The notes under the pieces were generated by a model. It had not been told where the DNA came from. It ran no database searches and was given only the letters and a program-made list of their open reading frames with translations. A stretch of 64,000 bases of DNA from Octopus vulgaris. Its lineage: Eukaryota. The DNA is taken from NCBI GenBank assembly GCA_951406725.2, contig OX597815.1:52948001-53012000 (forward strand), written 5' to 3'. Positions 1 through 11,514 of the stretch are shown piece after piece. Each line of letters opens with the position of its first letter. Positions within the stretch are counted from its first letter, which is position 1. A program made the translations under genes and the position numbers.

Positions 1-544
1 CACTTCCTTTCGCGACAAGGAAGTGAAATGAATAGATAAATTGCGACCGGAACAACAGACAGACAGACTGTCATATAGATAGATACACAAAGGTATGGAG
101 TGGTAGTTAGGTATAAAGACAAAAAGACAGATAGAAAAAGACAGAGAAAGCGAGATATATAAATTGAGAGAGAGAGAAAGAAGGAGAGAGAGAGAGAAAG
201 CGGGAGAGAGAGAGAGAGAGACTCAGAGAAACACATTGTCAAATACATAGATGGGGAGACGGAGATTGTGATATCAATATCTAATGCTAAATAAGGAATA
301 CTGACAGATATTTATGGGCATTTTGAGCTGCCGAGATGGATGTGGCAAGTCGCTAAAAGAGATTTTATGTGTGTGTGCGTGTACATATACTTTTTAGACT
401 CATATTCTTTAACTGGTATAACTGGACTGCAGCCAATATGGTCATTGCTTGAAGGCTGTAAACATCATGTAATTATATTAAGCATAAATATATATTTTGT
501 GAAATTTCTATAGCATTACAGTATGTAAAGATTTATAAGTTAAT

Positions 545-1265
545 ACCATTAACTGTTCGTTTCATTTACTTCAAGAAGATGATACATGAGCTAGATGTAG
601 TGGGAGCTGGGTAGTGTGAACTTGCTATTTCGTCTGCATAATTTTTTATCCTCCACAAAATACTTGTTATTTTAGAGACTATTTCTATTTTCAGGCTCCT
701 CATACGAGTTATCTCTATTTCTAGATCTTTATGTTTGAATAATTTCTCCATCTACTATAGAGATACATAATCGTCTGTTGGAACTGATATGTCAATTACA
801 AGACATTTCTTTTCTTGATCGTCTTTGACAACACTGTCTGGTCGGTTAGCCTTTGTATGTGTATCCAAGTGTATTTTTATGTGTATCCAAGAAACTGCCT
901 CATTTGCCATTCTCGGTGATCTTTTTGATGTAAACTACGTCTCTCCTGTTGGTATTTCAGCGAAATGGGATAGTTTCAAGTGTATCTAAGTCGCAGCTTG
1001 TCCATATCTGTGAATGTATTATTATTTGGCTAAGGCTGTGCAACAAAAAGTAATGTGGTTGTTTCTTTGTCACCTCCACATATTTTTCAGTAATATCTTG
1101 ATTTATTATATATCTTTAGTGATTTCTGATGGGGAAAGTTTTGTCCTCTTCCACAATATAAAAACCTCTTCAGTCTCTGCTTCTTAGTCAGCGCTGGGCC
1201 TTTTCTTCGAGTATGTCCGTGCCATTCAAATTTTCCAGTATTGGCCATGTACCAGCTATTCTTGC
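545..1265 (-). mobile_element. Decayed 3' part of an R4/Dong-like non-LTR retrotransposon (zinc-knuckle remnant plus restriction-like PD-(D/E)xK endonuclease)
   Basis: Minus-strand translation across stops and frameshifts gives HGQYWK, CTALAK..YIHRY..AAT.IH and KANRPDSVVKDDQEKKCLVIDISVPTDD...EKLFKHKDLEIEITRM (ORF 566..751). This is the RPD...IDxSVP...K..KY.DL signature of RLE-type elements. Confidence 0.7.
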
Positions 1266-1364
1266 TATCGTTTTTTTAAAATCAAAGCATTCTATAGATC
1301 CCAAAGTAGGTTAGATTTGAGATGTTTTACGATTTGTTGCTCTTGTTGGGGTTAGTGCGGAGGA

Positions 1365-1570
1365 TGGCGAAATCGTTCGTGTTGGACAAAATGCTATGCG
1401 GTATTTCTTCTGCCTCTTTAGACTCTGGTTTCAGATCCCGTCAAAGTCGAGTTTACTTTTCACCTTTCCAAGGTCGATAAAATAAACTGCCACTGAGGTA
1501 CAGAATAGCGTCGACTAACTCCTTCTTTAAAAAATTACTGGCATCTTTACTCGATCAGAAACCATTATTA
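1365..1570 (+). mobile_element. Diverged tRNA-derived SINE, family A (Meta-domain-like core)
   Basis: Resembles the cleaner copy at 15933: head tggcgaaatcgtt, body gtcgagtttacttttcacctttccaaggtcgataaaataa. Confidence 0.55.
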
Positions 1571-2159
1571 TTACTAAAGAGCGCCAATGTGTTTGAATTA
1601 AATTCTAACAAACAACTAGAAATTCTAACAAACAACTAGCTAACAAAAATATAGAAAACTGTAATCATTGATTCTCTAAATTATATCTTTCGACCTTTGG
1701 CGATAAATTCGACTGCTAGGTCAAACGCATACACGTTGTCGGTCCGTTAACACGACTTTTCGTTCAATATCTTAAATGTAATTCTTTCTGAAACATTTTC
1801 TCTTATCAGCACCGTTCAAAGACAAAGTGTTTTCAGACTCCCGACTTAAAAGTTTCGTGATCAAGAAGACTATAAGCTTACAGACAATTAAATATAATTT
1901 AATTTTTACGTTAAAATAATTCAAATAATTTCGTAGTTTATTTCTGTACTTTCTAATCACTCTCTCTACCCCCTCTCTCTCTCTCTTTCTATAACTATAT
2001 CTATATATATCTATGTATCTCTGTTTCTGTCTTTCTGTCTGTCTGTGTGTGTCTCTCTCTCTCTATATATATATATGTATGTATATACATACATACACAC
2101 ATACATATATATATATAGATATGTATGTATATATGTATGTATATATATAAATGTGTGTG

Positions 2160-2372
2160 TGTTTTGTGTGTCTGTGTTTGTCCCCCACCATCGCTTGACA
2201 ACTGATGGTGGCGTGACTACGTTCCCGTAACCTAGCGGTTCGGCATAAGAGAACCATAGAATAAGAACTAGGCTTACAAGGAATAAGTCCTAGGGTCGAT
2301 TTGTTCGACTAATGTGCGGTGGTCCAGCATGGCCGCAGTCAAATGATGACTGAAACAAATAAAAGAAAAAAG
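2160..2372 (+). mobile_element. 3' half of SINE family B
   Basis: tgtgtttgtccccc..atcgcttgacaac..cccgtaacctagcggttcggca..ccagcatggccgcagtcaaatgatgactgaaacaa, recurring at 19000, 30390, 31825, 35820 and on the minus strand at 43190 and 50395. Confidence 0.75.
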
Positions 2373-2380
2373 AACATATG

Positions 2381-2469
<89 letters not shown>

Positions 2470-2743
2470 GTTCTCTCTTATCATTCCCATGGACAGACTA
2501 CTGTTTCTCAAATTTTCTAAATTAGACATTTCGTGCGCGAGACTGATCTATGAGGCAATTTAATACAATTTAATTTTTAATTTAAACTGATTTTAGCATA
2601 ATGTTTCTTTCTCTACGACATGTCTGTAACCCTTCTGATTTGGTTCTGAAAATCTTTTGCCACACTCTTTCTTTCTTTCATTGTTTCTTTCCTTCTTTCT
2701 TTCTTCCTCCCTCTCTCTCTCTACACGTATGTATGCGTGTACG

Positions 2744-2789
<46 letters not shown>

Positions 2790-3229
2790 TACATACACAC
2801 GTGCCTCTTTCTCTCTATCTTTTTGTTTTATTGCTGCTCATATCTTGACATTTCGTGAGCAAGAAGACTACAAGGTAAGAGATAATATAATCTCATTTTG
2901 ACTTTAACCAATTCTTGCATTACGTTCAATTTTATTTCTGTATGATGGTATATCTTGTCATGCCTCTCGCTGCGGTCTCCTCATTTATTTTTTTGCTCTG
3001 TTTCATATTCTATCTTAATCATGATCACTTTTCGTAAACAGACAGTTCTCAACCTGCTGTCTTGGTTACTTCGCTAAAATTCCTTAAGCGTTACTCGGTC
3101 CGTCGCTTCGCAAGTTTACAAAAGAAATAAAAAATATTCAAGACAGAACTTTAAAATCTGCATCAAAGCCAGGTTTTTTCAAGGCAGTAATACTAGAAAA
3201 CAGAAGAAAAAAATTAACATTATAACACC

Positions 3230-5090
3230 TTATCTGTGATTCTTCAAGACATTTAAAAATGGCAACAAAAACTAGATAGCAATGTCCCGCACAGGGCTCT
3301 GTGTTGACCTCAACATCATGAAGCACAACAAGAAACAACAAGAATCACAACTCATCGCTGATGCCATCAGACATTGGATAACCAGACAACAAGAGTCTGA
3401 TGAAAAATCAAAATTCCAAGTATTACGAACAAAAGCTACTAATCAAGAGGCAGTGATAATTACTGAAGACAATTTACTAAATGCTATATTTAATTACTAG
3501 ACGAACATGGACTGTTCTTGAAATTAACAGCCGATTGGCCATGATTTATAGCTGCTGTTGACAAACGATACACATATCAATGTTATGTTCTGTCACTTAG
3601 TCAAGTTAATTAGATATTTGTGCATGTAAGAGATCTGGTGCAGCTATGTACACTCTCCAAAAACAAATTCAAAAACGAAATGCATGAATCGACGCAGTTC
3701 CTATTGAAGCAATGAAGCATTTTAATACACAAGTGATTACCTAAAAAAATGGATGAAGAATATATTTTATTGAATACATTTACTTACAAAAAATAAAACT
3801 TCATTTTTTATTACTTTTGGAAGATACCGTTACCTATATACAGATTTCTACACCTGACGCAAAAATATAGTGTAGTAGAAATATAGAAAGTAGAGGGTCA
3901 TCATGTAATTTTTCAATATGAAACCTTGACAAATGTCTTTTATTGTTCATCCAAGCCGACAGGATTATTGTCAAAAACCCTTGCAAGACATGAAATAGTG
4001 AAATTCAGCGGCGCAGCGGCACATGAACAAGGGCATGTTCTAAGCGAGACTTCTTTATAAAAATAGTGTGGGAGCTCACTATTACTGTTGGCCATTTTGC
4101 GATATGGCAAAATTACAGGCAAATCCTATAAGAAGACATCAGGCACCTGATTCCAATAAAAAAAGAACATTCTCAATATAAATGTTAGTCACAATGACGT
4201 AATTTTCAGTTTTGCATTTACTACTATTGAGAAAAATGTAATGCCACTGTTAATAACGATATTCTACCATTTAGTGTGTGTAAGATGCAAGATATCCAAG
4301 GAAACAAAATGGAAGGAAACAAAACGAAGATTTCAGATATTGTTATTGTTAGGCATCTTGCCTATTATTCCAAGTGGCACACGGGTAAATGAACATAGGA
4401 CTCGTTAAGAATTTGTCAAATCTTTGAAGAAACATGAAAAGTTACATTTATCCATTAATGTGTGAGCCCACCTACATGAAAATGATTTGTTTGATCAATT
4501 TGTAAACTATTTGCGGTACCAAAGCAATGTCAATGTCAAAGATATTGTACCAGGAAGAATTTTCGTAGGATCTATCAGTATAACACTATAATCAGTTGAT
4601 GAACCAAGATAAATGAGCTTCAAAAAGGTTTCTCAAAAATACCAGATTCACGGATAACTATTTGAAATAGGAATATTCATTAGAAAGAACAATGCCATCA
4701 ATATTATCAACGCATATTTTGTAACAGCTCCCCAGTGTTGACACGCAGACACGGTAGTGATCGAAAACAAGTGAACGACTATTTAAATAGAACTTGCAGG
4801 AGATGTACGACAAGAAAACCCATCCTCTTCTTTCGCAACCCATATCCATCTTGCCTATGCAATAAAAGATCAGTTGTTAACAATTTCAAAGCCCATGTTA
4901 TTGAGACTACAATACTTTCTGGATACAGCAAAGGATATAATTCCCAGAATCCTTATCGCTCCTAGCTTTACATTATTCGTCAAAAAATCACAAAGGTAGC
5001 TAGACTACAGGAGAAATAAACCTGCTTCTCTGCTCGAGGACTCATACGTTTGAGGCAAGAGTAATCTTTACGTCAAAGCTGGAGGTGGAA
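3230..5090 (+). mobile_element. Heavily decayed, internally deleted Helitron Rep/helicase
   Basis: Scattered peptides in the expected order: N-terminal charged segment ending LNAIFNY (ORF 3282..3500), HPSRQDYC (~3948), ILPIIPSGTRVNE (~4355, Pif1 helicase motif III region), AHVIETTILSGYSKG..IIPRI..SFTLFVKKSQ (~4890-4995). Confidence 0.55.
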
Positions 5091-5265
5091 TATATATATA
5101 TATAATATGTAAATATATAATAGTCATCAAAACATTCACTGAGAATTTTGCTTTATTCTATATACTGCGAATTGCAAGATATTATTTCTAATTCAAATAA
5201 TACACTGAAGCAAAATTATCACAATTCTTTTCGTGGGGATTAAACAACAAACAGAAAACGCCGGT

Positions 5266-5302
<37 letters not shown>

Positions 5303-5935
5303 GCATATAGAAGTAAAGAGAGAGTAAAAGAGAGGGAGACAGAGGAATACAAGTCAAGATTCAATAGGCTCGTGATGATAGGAATACTAAGAAAAATGTC
5401 ACAAATACATACATACTACGTACAAATACACACACGTGCGCGCGCACTCACACACACTCGCAGAAACATATATTAGTATTAAGTTGTAGATATCTGTACA
5501 CACTTGCACGCAAATTGTTATCTCAATTATATACTCTCGAGGCAAGTAAAATCTGTTTGAAAAATAAACTTTCGAAGACATTAACAATTTTGATTGTCAA
5601 TATGGTTGGTGTTGGTGTTGTTTACCCCGCAAGCCAGTCCCGATCAAACAGATATATGATCAAAGTCTTTCCACCCATGACTTTCAAGTTTGTCTTTCAG
5701 GCAGTATATGTGGACTTATGTCCACTATTTCTTCCCAGTTTTAAAGACAGTAGGTTGGGATTTGAGAAAAAATATGTATACTGTTTCTAGTAGATTGAGA
5801 TACCACGTACATGGGCTCTCATAAATTCATTCTAATGTGATGATGGTAGCAATAGTGATGTTTAGTGTGTCTTCAGATCAGTTATGACCAAACAAAATTA
5901 TGACCGTCCGTCATATATGTATATATGTATATATC

Positions 5936-6019
<84 letters not shown>

Positions 6020-6059
6020 TGTATGTATGTATGTATGTATGTATATATGTATATGTCTT

Positions 6060-6700
6060 GCAGTTTCTTAAAATGCTTCTATCCACCATGTTTGTAGATT
6101 TCAAGAGGGACAGCACCCTTGCCAGGCGCTTTACCAGAAGGCATCTGTTTAATAGAGTTTACTACTTCTAAAAGGTTGGCTCCAGAGACAAGTATTTCGG
6201 CGTGCTGTGGAATAAACATTATGACGTCATCATTAGTGAGTGAGGTGGAGTTCAACACGGCTTCGAAGTGATCTTTCAATCGTTTCAGGATGTTAGATTT
6301 GTCAGGTAACAGTGTCACTCTATTCGATGAAAAAATAAGAGTAACACCGCGCTCTTGAAGGCCATACACTTTCTTGAGGCCTTCACAAAAGACTTTAGAA
6401 TCCTTTCTGTTAGCAGTTTCTTTGAACTCAATAGCCTTAAAAGACCACCAAGATTCATTCATCTGTCTCAGAGTACTTTGGACCTGGCCGCTGTATTTCT
6501 TGTTGGCATTCTCTTTTTTGGATGAGCACTTATCATTATTCTGTTTTGTGAGAGCTGTACATTTTATCTATGAGTTGTTGGACATCTGTGTTCTTAGCGC
6601 TGAAGTAATCTTGATATTTACAAACACAAAGTCCAGGAGCCTCTACAGACGCGGGGTGCGTTGCATCACGCAGAGCCTTCCAAGATGATTCTGTGTCACC
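6060..6700 (-). mobile_element. RTE-clade LINE internal fragment (linker and start of reverse transcriptase)
   Basis: ORF 6079..6462: WWSFKAIEFKETANRKDSKVFCEGLKKVYG...ILKRLKDHFEAVLN...[29 protein letters not shown], typical RTE/BovB-like domain 0. Cut by a (TATG)n tract. Confidence 0.8.
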
Positions 6701-6807
6701 ATTGATATCGTTGTCCTGTCGAACTTTGAAACTTTATTTCTCGAAACTTTTTTGAAACATTTTTGGGGAGGGGGTGTCGAAGGGAAAAGATCACACACAC
6801 ACATATA

Positions 6808-6945
6808 GTGAAGACATATGGCCTAGTGGTTAAGGTGTCGCACTTACGATGGTAGGATCATGGTTTCAACTCCTTGACCGGGTAATGACTTATGTTCTTG
6901 AGCAAAACACATCATCTCATGTTTCTCTGCGATCACCTCAACACC
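6808..6945 (+). mobile_element. tRNA-derived SINE head (Pol III A and B boxes)
   Basis: A-box-like tggcctagtgg (~6819) and B-box-like ggtttcaactcc (~6862); similar to the minus-strand SINE at 22561-22856. Confidence 0.5.
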
Positions 6946-7638
6946 TGACCTACGCCCTTGCCAGAGCACGTTTCGTGGACCGTGCATCTGCTCTCTCCCC
7001 CCGAACCCGCTCTGCAGTCTCCCGCCTCCCTTTTTCCCTCACCTACCACCCCACCACCCTACCTCTCCAACGTACCATTCTCTGAGCTTTCCGGCATCTC
7101 CAGTCCACTTCACACATCTTCACACATCTTCCCTAACCGACCCCTCTCCTCCTTCAAACGAGCCCACAACCTTCGAGACCTCTTGGTCCACAGCTTCTTC
7201 CCCAACCCTACCTCCCAACCTGGCTCGTTCCCCTGCTCCCACCCACGCTGTCGCACTTGCCCTTACCTCTCTAACACCACCCTCCTCACCGACACCCATC
7301 ATCGACCCTATCGCATCATCGATTCCTTCACCTGCACCTCCAGCAATATCATCTATTGCATCTCCTGCTCTGTCTGCCATTCCCTGTACATCGGACAAAC
7401 GGGACGCCGCTTGGCTGACCGGTTCGCGGAACACCTCCGAGACATCTGCCTCGGCAATGACACCCCAGTCTCATGCCATTTCCGGTCCACCGGTCACTCC
7501 TTGTAACACCTGTCTGTGTTCGGATTGTCCTTGCACAGAGGCCATCCGGACTCCCGTTTGCGCCGTGAACAGGGATTAATCTTCTCTCTTCGCTCTTTTA
7601 CGCCATTTGGGCTCAACTCTCCTCTCCTCTTCATCTAA
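6946..7638 (+). mobile_element. Penelope-like element (Neptune-type) 3' fragment: linker, Cys motif and GIY-YIG endonuclease
   Basis: ORFs 6849..7085 and 6958..7506: LPFSLTYHP, SFKRAHNLRDLLVHS, PCSHPRCRTCPYL, FTCTSSNIIYCISCSVCHSLYIGQTGRRLADRFAEH, then RREQGLIFSLRSFTPFGLN. Has a frameshift and stops. Confidence 0.9.
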
Positions 7639-8244
7639 CCTCTTCCCCGACTCCTACTTCTCTTCACTCCTACATCTTTTCACCCTACTCTCCTTCCCTC
7701 TTCTCCCTTACTCTCTTTCTCTCTTCTCTCTCCTTACATACCCACCTCCCCCTCCCCCATAAACCCACCCACCCCTACACATCCCTACACCAACTTCCCT
7801 ATCCTTCCCATCCTCCCATCCTATACCACACCCCTTCCCCACATACCCCACCCTCTGCCTAGCCACAAACCCCAAATCTACTCCAACCACCAGCCGAACC
7901 CACACCACCCGAAATTTCCCCACTCTCGCCTCCCCACATCCCAATAACATCACACTACACCATACAACATTAAACATCACATCACAACACACCACCCACA
8001 CAGCCATCCCCACATCTTCACACCTACACATACATACACGCACACAGCCCTCTTTCACAGGCACATACATACTCTCTTATACACACACGCACCTTTCTGT
8101 TGGGGGTCATCTTTACCTTGTTATCTCCCCTACTTTCCTTCTCGTGCTTGACCCTTCTGTCCGGCACTAGTCGCCATGATAGATCGTTAGCCACTACACA
8201 CATTTTTTACTCTCCTTGTTTCTCTCCTTGTTTTTTCTGTATCC

Positions 8245-8281
8245 CTTTCTGTAGAAGAGCGTAGGTTCGAAACGTAAAAAA
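8245..8281 (+). ncRNA. Minimal type I hammerhead-like motif (CUGUNGA core variant) in PLE 3' tail
   Basis: cttt CTGTAGA a gagc gtag gttc GAAA cg TA aaa, with palindromic ACGU stem III; lies downstream of the GIY-YIG fragment. Confidence 0.6.
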
Positions 8282-8367
8282 CTTTTTCTCTTTCTGAGCG
8301 TTATACTAATACATCTGTTTGTTTTATACACCACCTGCCTTCATCTTTTGTTTTTTTCGTAAACTCT

Positions 8368-8412
<45 letters not shown>

Positions 8413-8417
8413 TACCT

Positions 8418-9505
8418 GGAGAGGGACAGCTGAAGGGGAATTTTCCTTGTATTGTTTGTCTTGTACTCTGTTTCTTCGTTGGAGAGGGACAGCTGAAGGG
8501 GAATTTTCCTTGTATTGTTTGTCTTGTACTCTGTTTTTTCGTTGTTAAAAAAAGTCCGTTTCCATGTTTGTTTTTACGTTTTCATTTCTCGTTGAGTTCT
8601 ACGTCTATTTGTGGTGTCCTGTACTCACATATATATATATTTATATATGCATGTATATATACATGTAGATGTAGGTACGTACATATATGTATGTATGTAT
8701 GCATATATTTTATTTATTAATTTATTGCATGACTGAGCGCCCCCGCGTCGTTTCGATTCTTTTCTGTTCTCCAAGTAAGTTTTTATATATAATTATGACG
8801 CGAAACTCTGTAACCCTTTGCTTGACCTTCCCTTCCTTCCTGTTTGTCTTCCTCTTTGCCTGTCTCTCTCCTTCTTATTTTCACCCTTTCTGGTTTCCTT
8901 TCCTCTCTCTATCTCTCTCTCTCTCACTCCTCCTCATCTCTCACACAGCCGAGTCGACCACTTCCTTTCGCTGGCGGCCTCCTACAAGTGAACATGCTTT
9001 TTTCCTGCGCTCTTGAAAAAAGGCCCTCAATGTTTGTTTCCTTGTCCTGTTTTTATTCTTTACTTGTACTGTATTCTTTTGTTTTGTATTTTTATTTTGT
9101 ATTTGTTTTTTTATTTGTATTGTTTTTACGTCCTGTTTTTGTCACATTTTTTCCTTTCCTTGTTTTTACCCCTCTGCAAAGGAATTTTATTTAATTCTTT
9201 CGCAGGAAGGGCTAGTTCGACGAGTCGTGTTCTGTCCTTACCTTCGAAACACGCATGGAGTCGAACTAGGTACAGCTGATGAAGGGGAATTTTCCTTGTA
9301 TTGTTTGTCTTGTACTCTGCTTTTTCGTTGTTAAAAAAAGTCCGTTTCCATGTTTGTTTTTACGTTTTCGTTTCTCGTTGAGTTCTACGTCTATTTGTGG
9401 TGTCCTGTACTCACATATATATATTTATATATGCATGTATATATACATGTAGATGTAGGTACGTACATATATGTATGTATGTATATATTTTATTTATTAA
9501 TTTAT
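8418..9505 (+). mobile_element. Non-coding element with ~235-bp direct repeats (8489-8725 and 9272-9505) inside (TA)n, plus a ~63-bp tandem duplication at its 5' end
   Basis: Near-identical acagctga(tga)aggggaattttccttgtattgtttgtc...tatttattaatttat at both positions; ggagagggacagctgaagggg...ttcgtt duplicated at 8418 and 8481; (TA)n on both flanks. Confidence 0.8.
9193..9291 (+). ncRNA. Candidate non-circularly permuted hammerhead ribozyme with kink-turn (copy 1)
   Basis: GAAA 9246-9249, CUGAUGA 9276-9282, GUU triplet 9229-9231. Helices 9226-30/9249-53, 9232-37/9270-75, 9206-10/9241-45, 9212-21/9260-69 and 9193-9200/9284-91. Confidence 0.7.
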
Positions 9506-9582
9506 ATATATATATATATATCGCCATGATAGATCGCTAGCCACTACACATTTATTTCCTCTCCTTGTGTCTTTCTGTGATC

Positions 9583-9618
9583 CTTTCTGTGGAAGAGCGT
9601 AGGATCGAAACGTTAAAG
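9583..9618 (+). ncRNA. Minimal type I hammerhead-like motif (CUGUGGA) in a second PLE tail copy (9521-9715)
   Basis: cttt CTGTGGA a gagc gtag gatc GAAA cg TT aaag; the surrounding ~190 bp match 8171-8370. Confidence 0.6.
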
Positions 9619-9775
9619 ACTTTTTCACTTCCCGAGCGTTATGCTAATACATTTGTTTATTGTCTACACCACCTGTCTTCGTCTTTTGTTTTTTTGTCAA
9701 TTCTGCCTATTCGTATATATATATATGATATATCTGAGGGAAAAGGATGCAGTTAGGATATGAATAAAAACTATT

Positions 9776-9815
9776 TATTTAGCGCTTTCGTCTCGTTTAG
9801 GGATTCATCATCAAA
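9776..9815 (-). ncRNA. Degenerate minimal hammerhead-like motif downstream of a minus-strand PLE
   Basis: Minus strand: ttg ATGATGA a tccctaaacgagac GAAA gcgc TA aa. C3 is lost, the palindromic stem III AGCGCU is retained. Confidence 0.35.
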
Positions 9816-10459
9816 ACTGTTTTATAGAAAATTCATAGTGTATATATATATATATATGTGTGTGAGTTAGCTGATATAAAATCTGGAGTTGAATTGCCTT
9901 CTTGGATTTTGAAAAGAGGGTGTTTGTTGTGGTTATTTGAGTTGTTCATTGTCCTTTTGTGACTATATGTATGTGTATATATGTGTGTGTATGCATGTTT
10001 GTGTAGGTATATGTATGTTGTGAGGTTTTAAACAAAGAAAATAAAGAAAAATGTGACAGAAACAATGGAAGTGGTGTATTTCTGGAATGGCTGAAATTGA
10101 TGACAAATCAAAAAGATCAATTTTTTTTCTATTAATCTCAATAAATTTCTTTTAGTTATTGTTTGAGTGTCAATATTTTTTGGTCAGTTTTCATTTTGTA
10201 CAACTGTCGAAAATAGAATCTATGGAATTATTTTGGAGGCTTTTAAATATGTGCTTCTGTGAGTGTTTAAACGTGTGTGTGTGTGAGGGAGTGTACTGCA
10301 TGTCTGTTGCGTGTTGGTTTTTTAAGTGAGCTTTTCCAGTTATTTTAGTGACAGTAATAAGAACATTGTTAATAATAATATTCAGTGGTAATCTGGGGAG
10401 CTAATTGTTTTTAACATGGATACCTCATATTTTTATAGATATACATTTTACACATTTAT

Positions 10460-11445
10460 TTTAGGTAGAAAGTTTTTCTATTAATGTATTTTCCTTGCCT
10501 TCCGGTGTTTTAGATCATCTCTTGGCCATTTGTAAAAAGGGAAGATCTTGAATCTGCTGTTTCCTCATATTTCCAGATACTTGCTCAGCAGATTCTTATC
10601 TAATTTTTTTGGTCTAATGTTCAGTCTATGAATGCTTGCACGTTGGCAAAAGGAATTGTTGGTTTCACCTATATAATTCTCTTTGCAACTGAGGCAGATT
10701 ATGCAACATATTAGATTCTGTCTCGCAGTTCATACCTGCATTTATTTGAAAGGAGAATCCACTTTTAAATTATATATGGAAACCAGTATCCAAATATTTG
10801 AAGTTGTTGCTACGTATACCACGGCGAAATCACGGCAAAATCTGAATTATCGTCCGATGTGAAGATATTTTTAAAGGTTTGCTGTTTGATGGTTGCTGTT
10901 CAGTACTAGACTTACCTTTTGTGGCATTGTAAAAGTATTAAGTATGTTTTTATAGTTTGGATTATGTGTATTGATAAACGAAATAGTATTTTCTTCAATC
11001 TTTTCCCCAGGTCTCGTTAACTGTATGATATCCAGTTTCATTATTTTTATAATTCGTTATTTATTAATTTTAAAGAGTAATTCTGATTTCTTCTTAGGAA
11101 ACCTGTAATTTAATTGAATCGAATTTGACATACTTTTGAGTCAGCCACTATTGCACAAATAGGTCTTGCTCCATAGAATGTTCCGTTTGAAGTGTGTGAA
11201 TAGCAAAAATAAAAGTTCAAATATTGGTGTAGATCTGGTTTTTTTAAAAATATTTTTGTCAATATATATCCGTTGTTAATGTGGAGTTGCATATTTTTAC
11301 GTGAATGTCTATGAACGATGAGTCATTATGGCTGGCTTATGTCGTGAATTTAATAGATAGGTGAAGGGTGTTCAAAATGTAATTGAATATTTGTAGATCA
11401 TCATTTGAAATAGTCATCGAGGAGGCGTTTTCCACTTTTCAATGA
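10460..11445 (-). mobile_element. Decayed Penelope-like element (RT C-terminus to GIY-YIG)
   Basis: Minus strand: TKIFLKKPDLHQYLNFYFCYSH (ORF 11110..11292, T.IY.K.T...QYL.F.S.H-like) and SCKENYIGET at ~10661-10692. Confidence 0.65.
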
Positions 11446-11476
11446 TATACATACATACATACATACATACATACAT

Positions 11477-11511
<35 letters not shown>

Positions 11512-11514
11512 TAC

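Noticed and set aside
6808-6880. tRNA gene candidates (also 22790-22856 and 59590-59660)
   Set aside because: A and B boxes are present but no clean cloverleaf; they continue into repeat bodies, so they are SINE heads.
9241-9291. Reading 9241-9291 as an ordinary type II hammerhead (GAAAC...GUC...CUGAUGA)
   Set aside because: Stems III and I barely pair in that register. The permuted register gives fully paired helices and is mirrored at 20322-20416.
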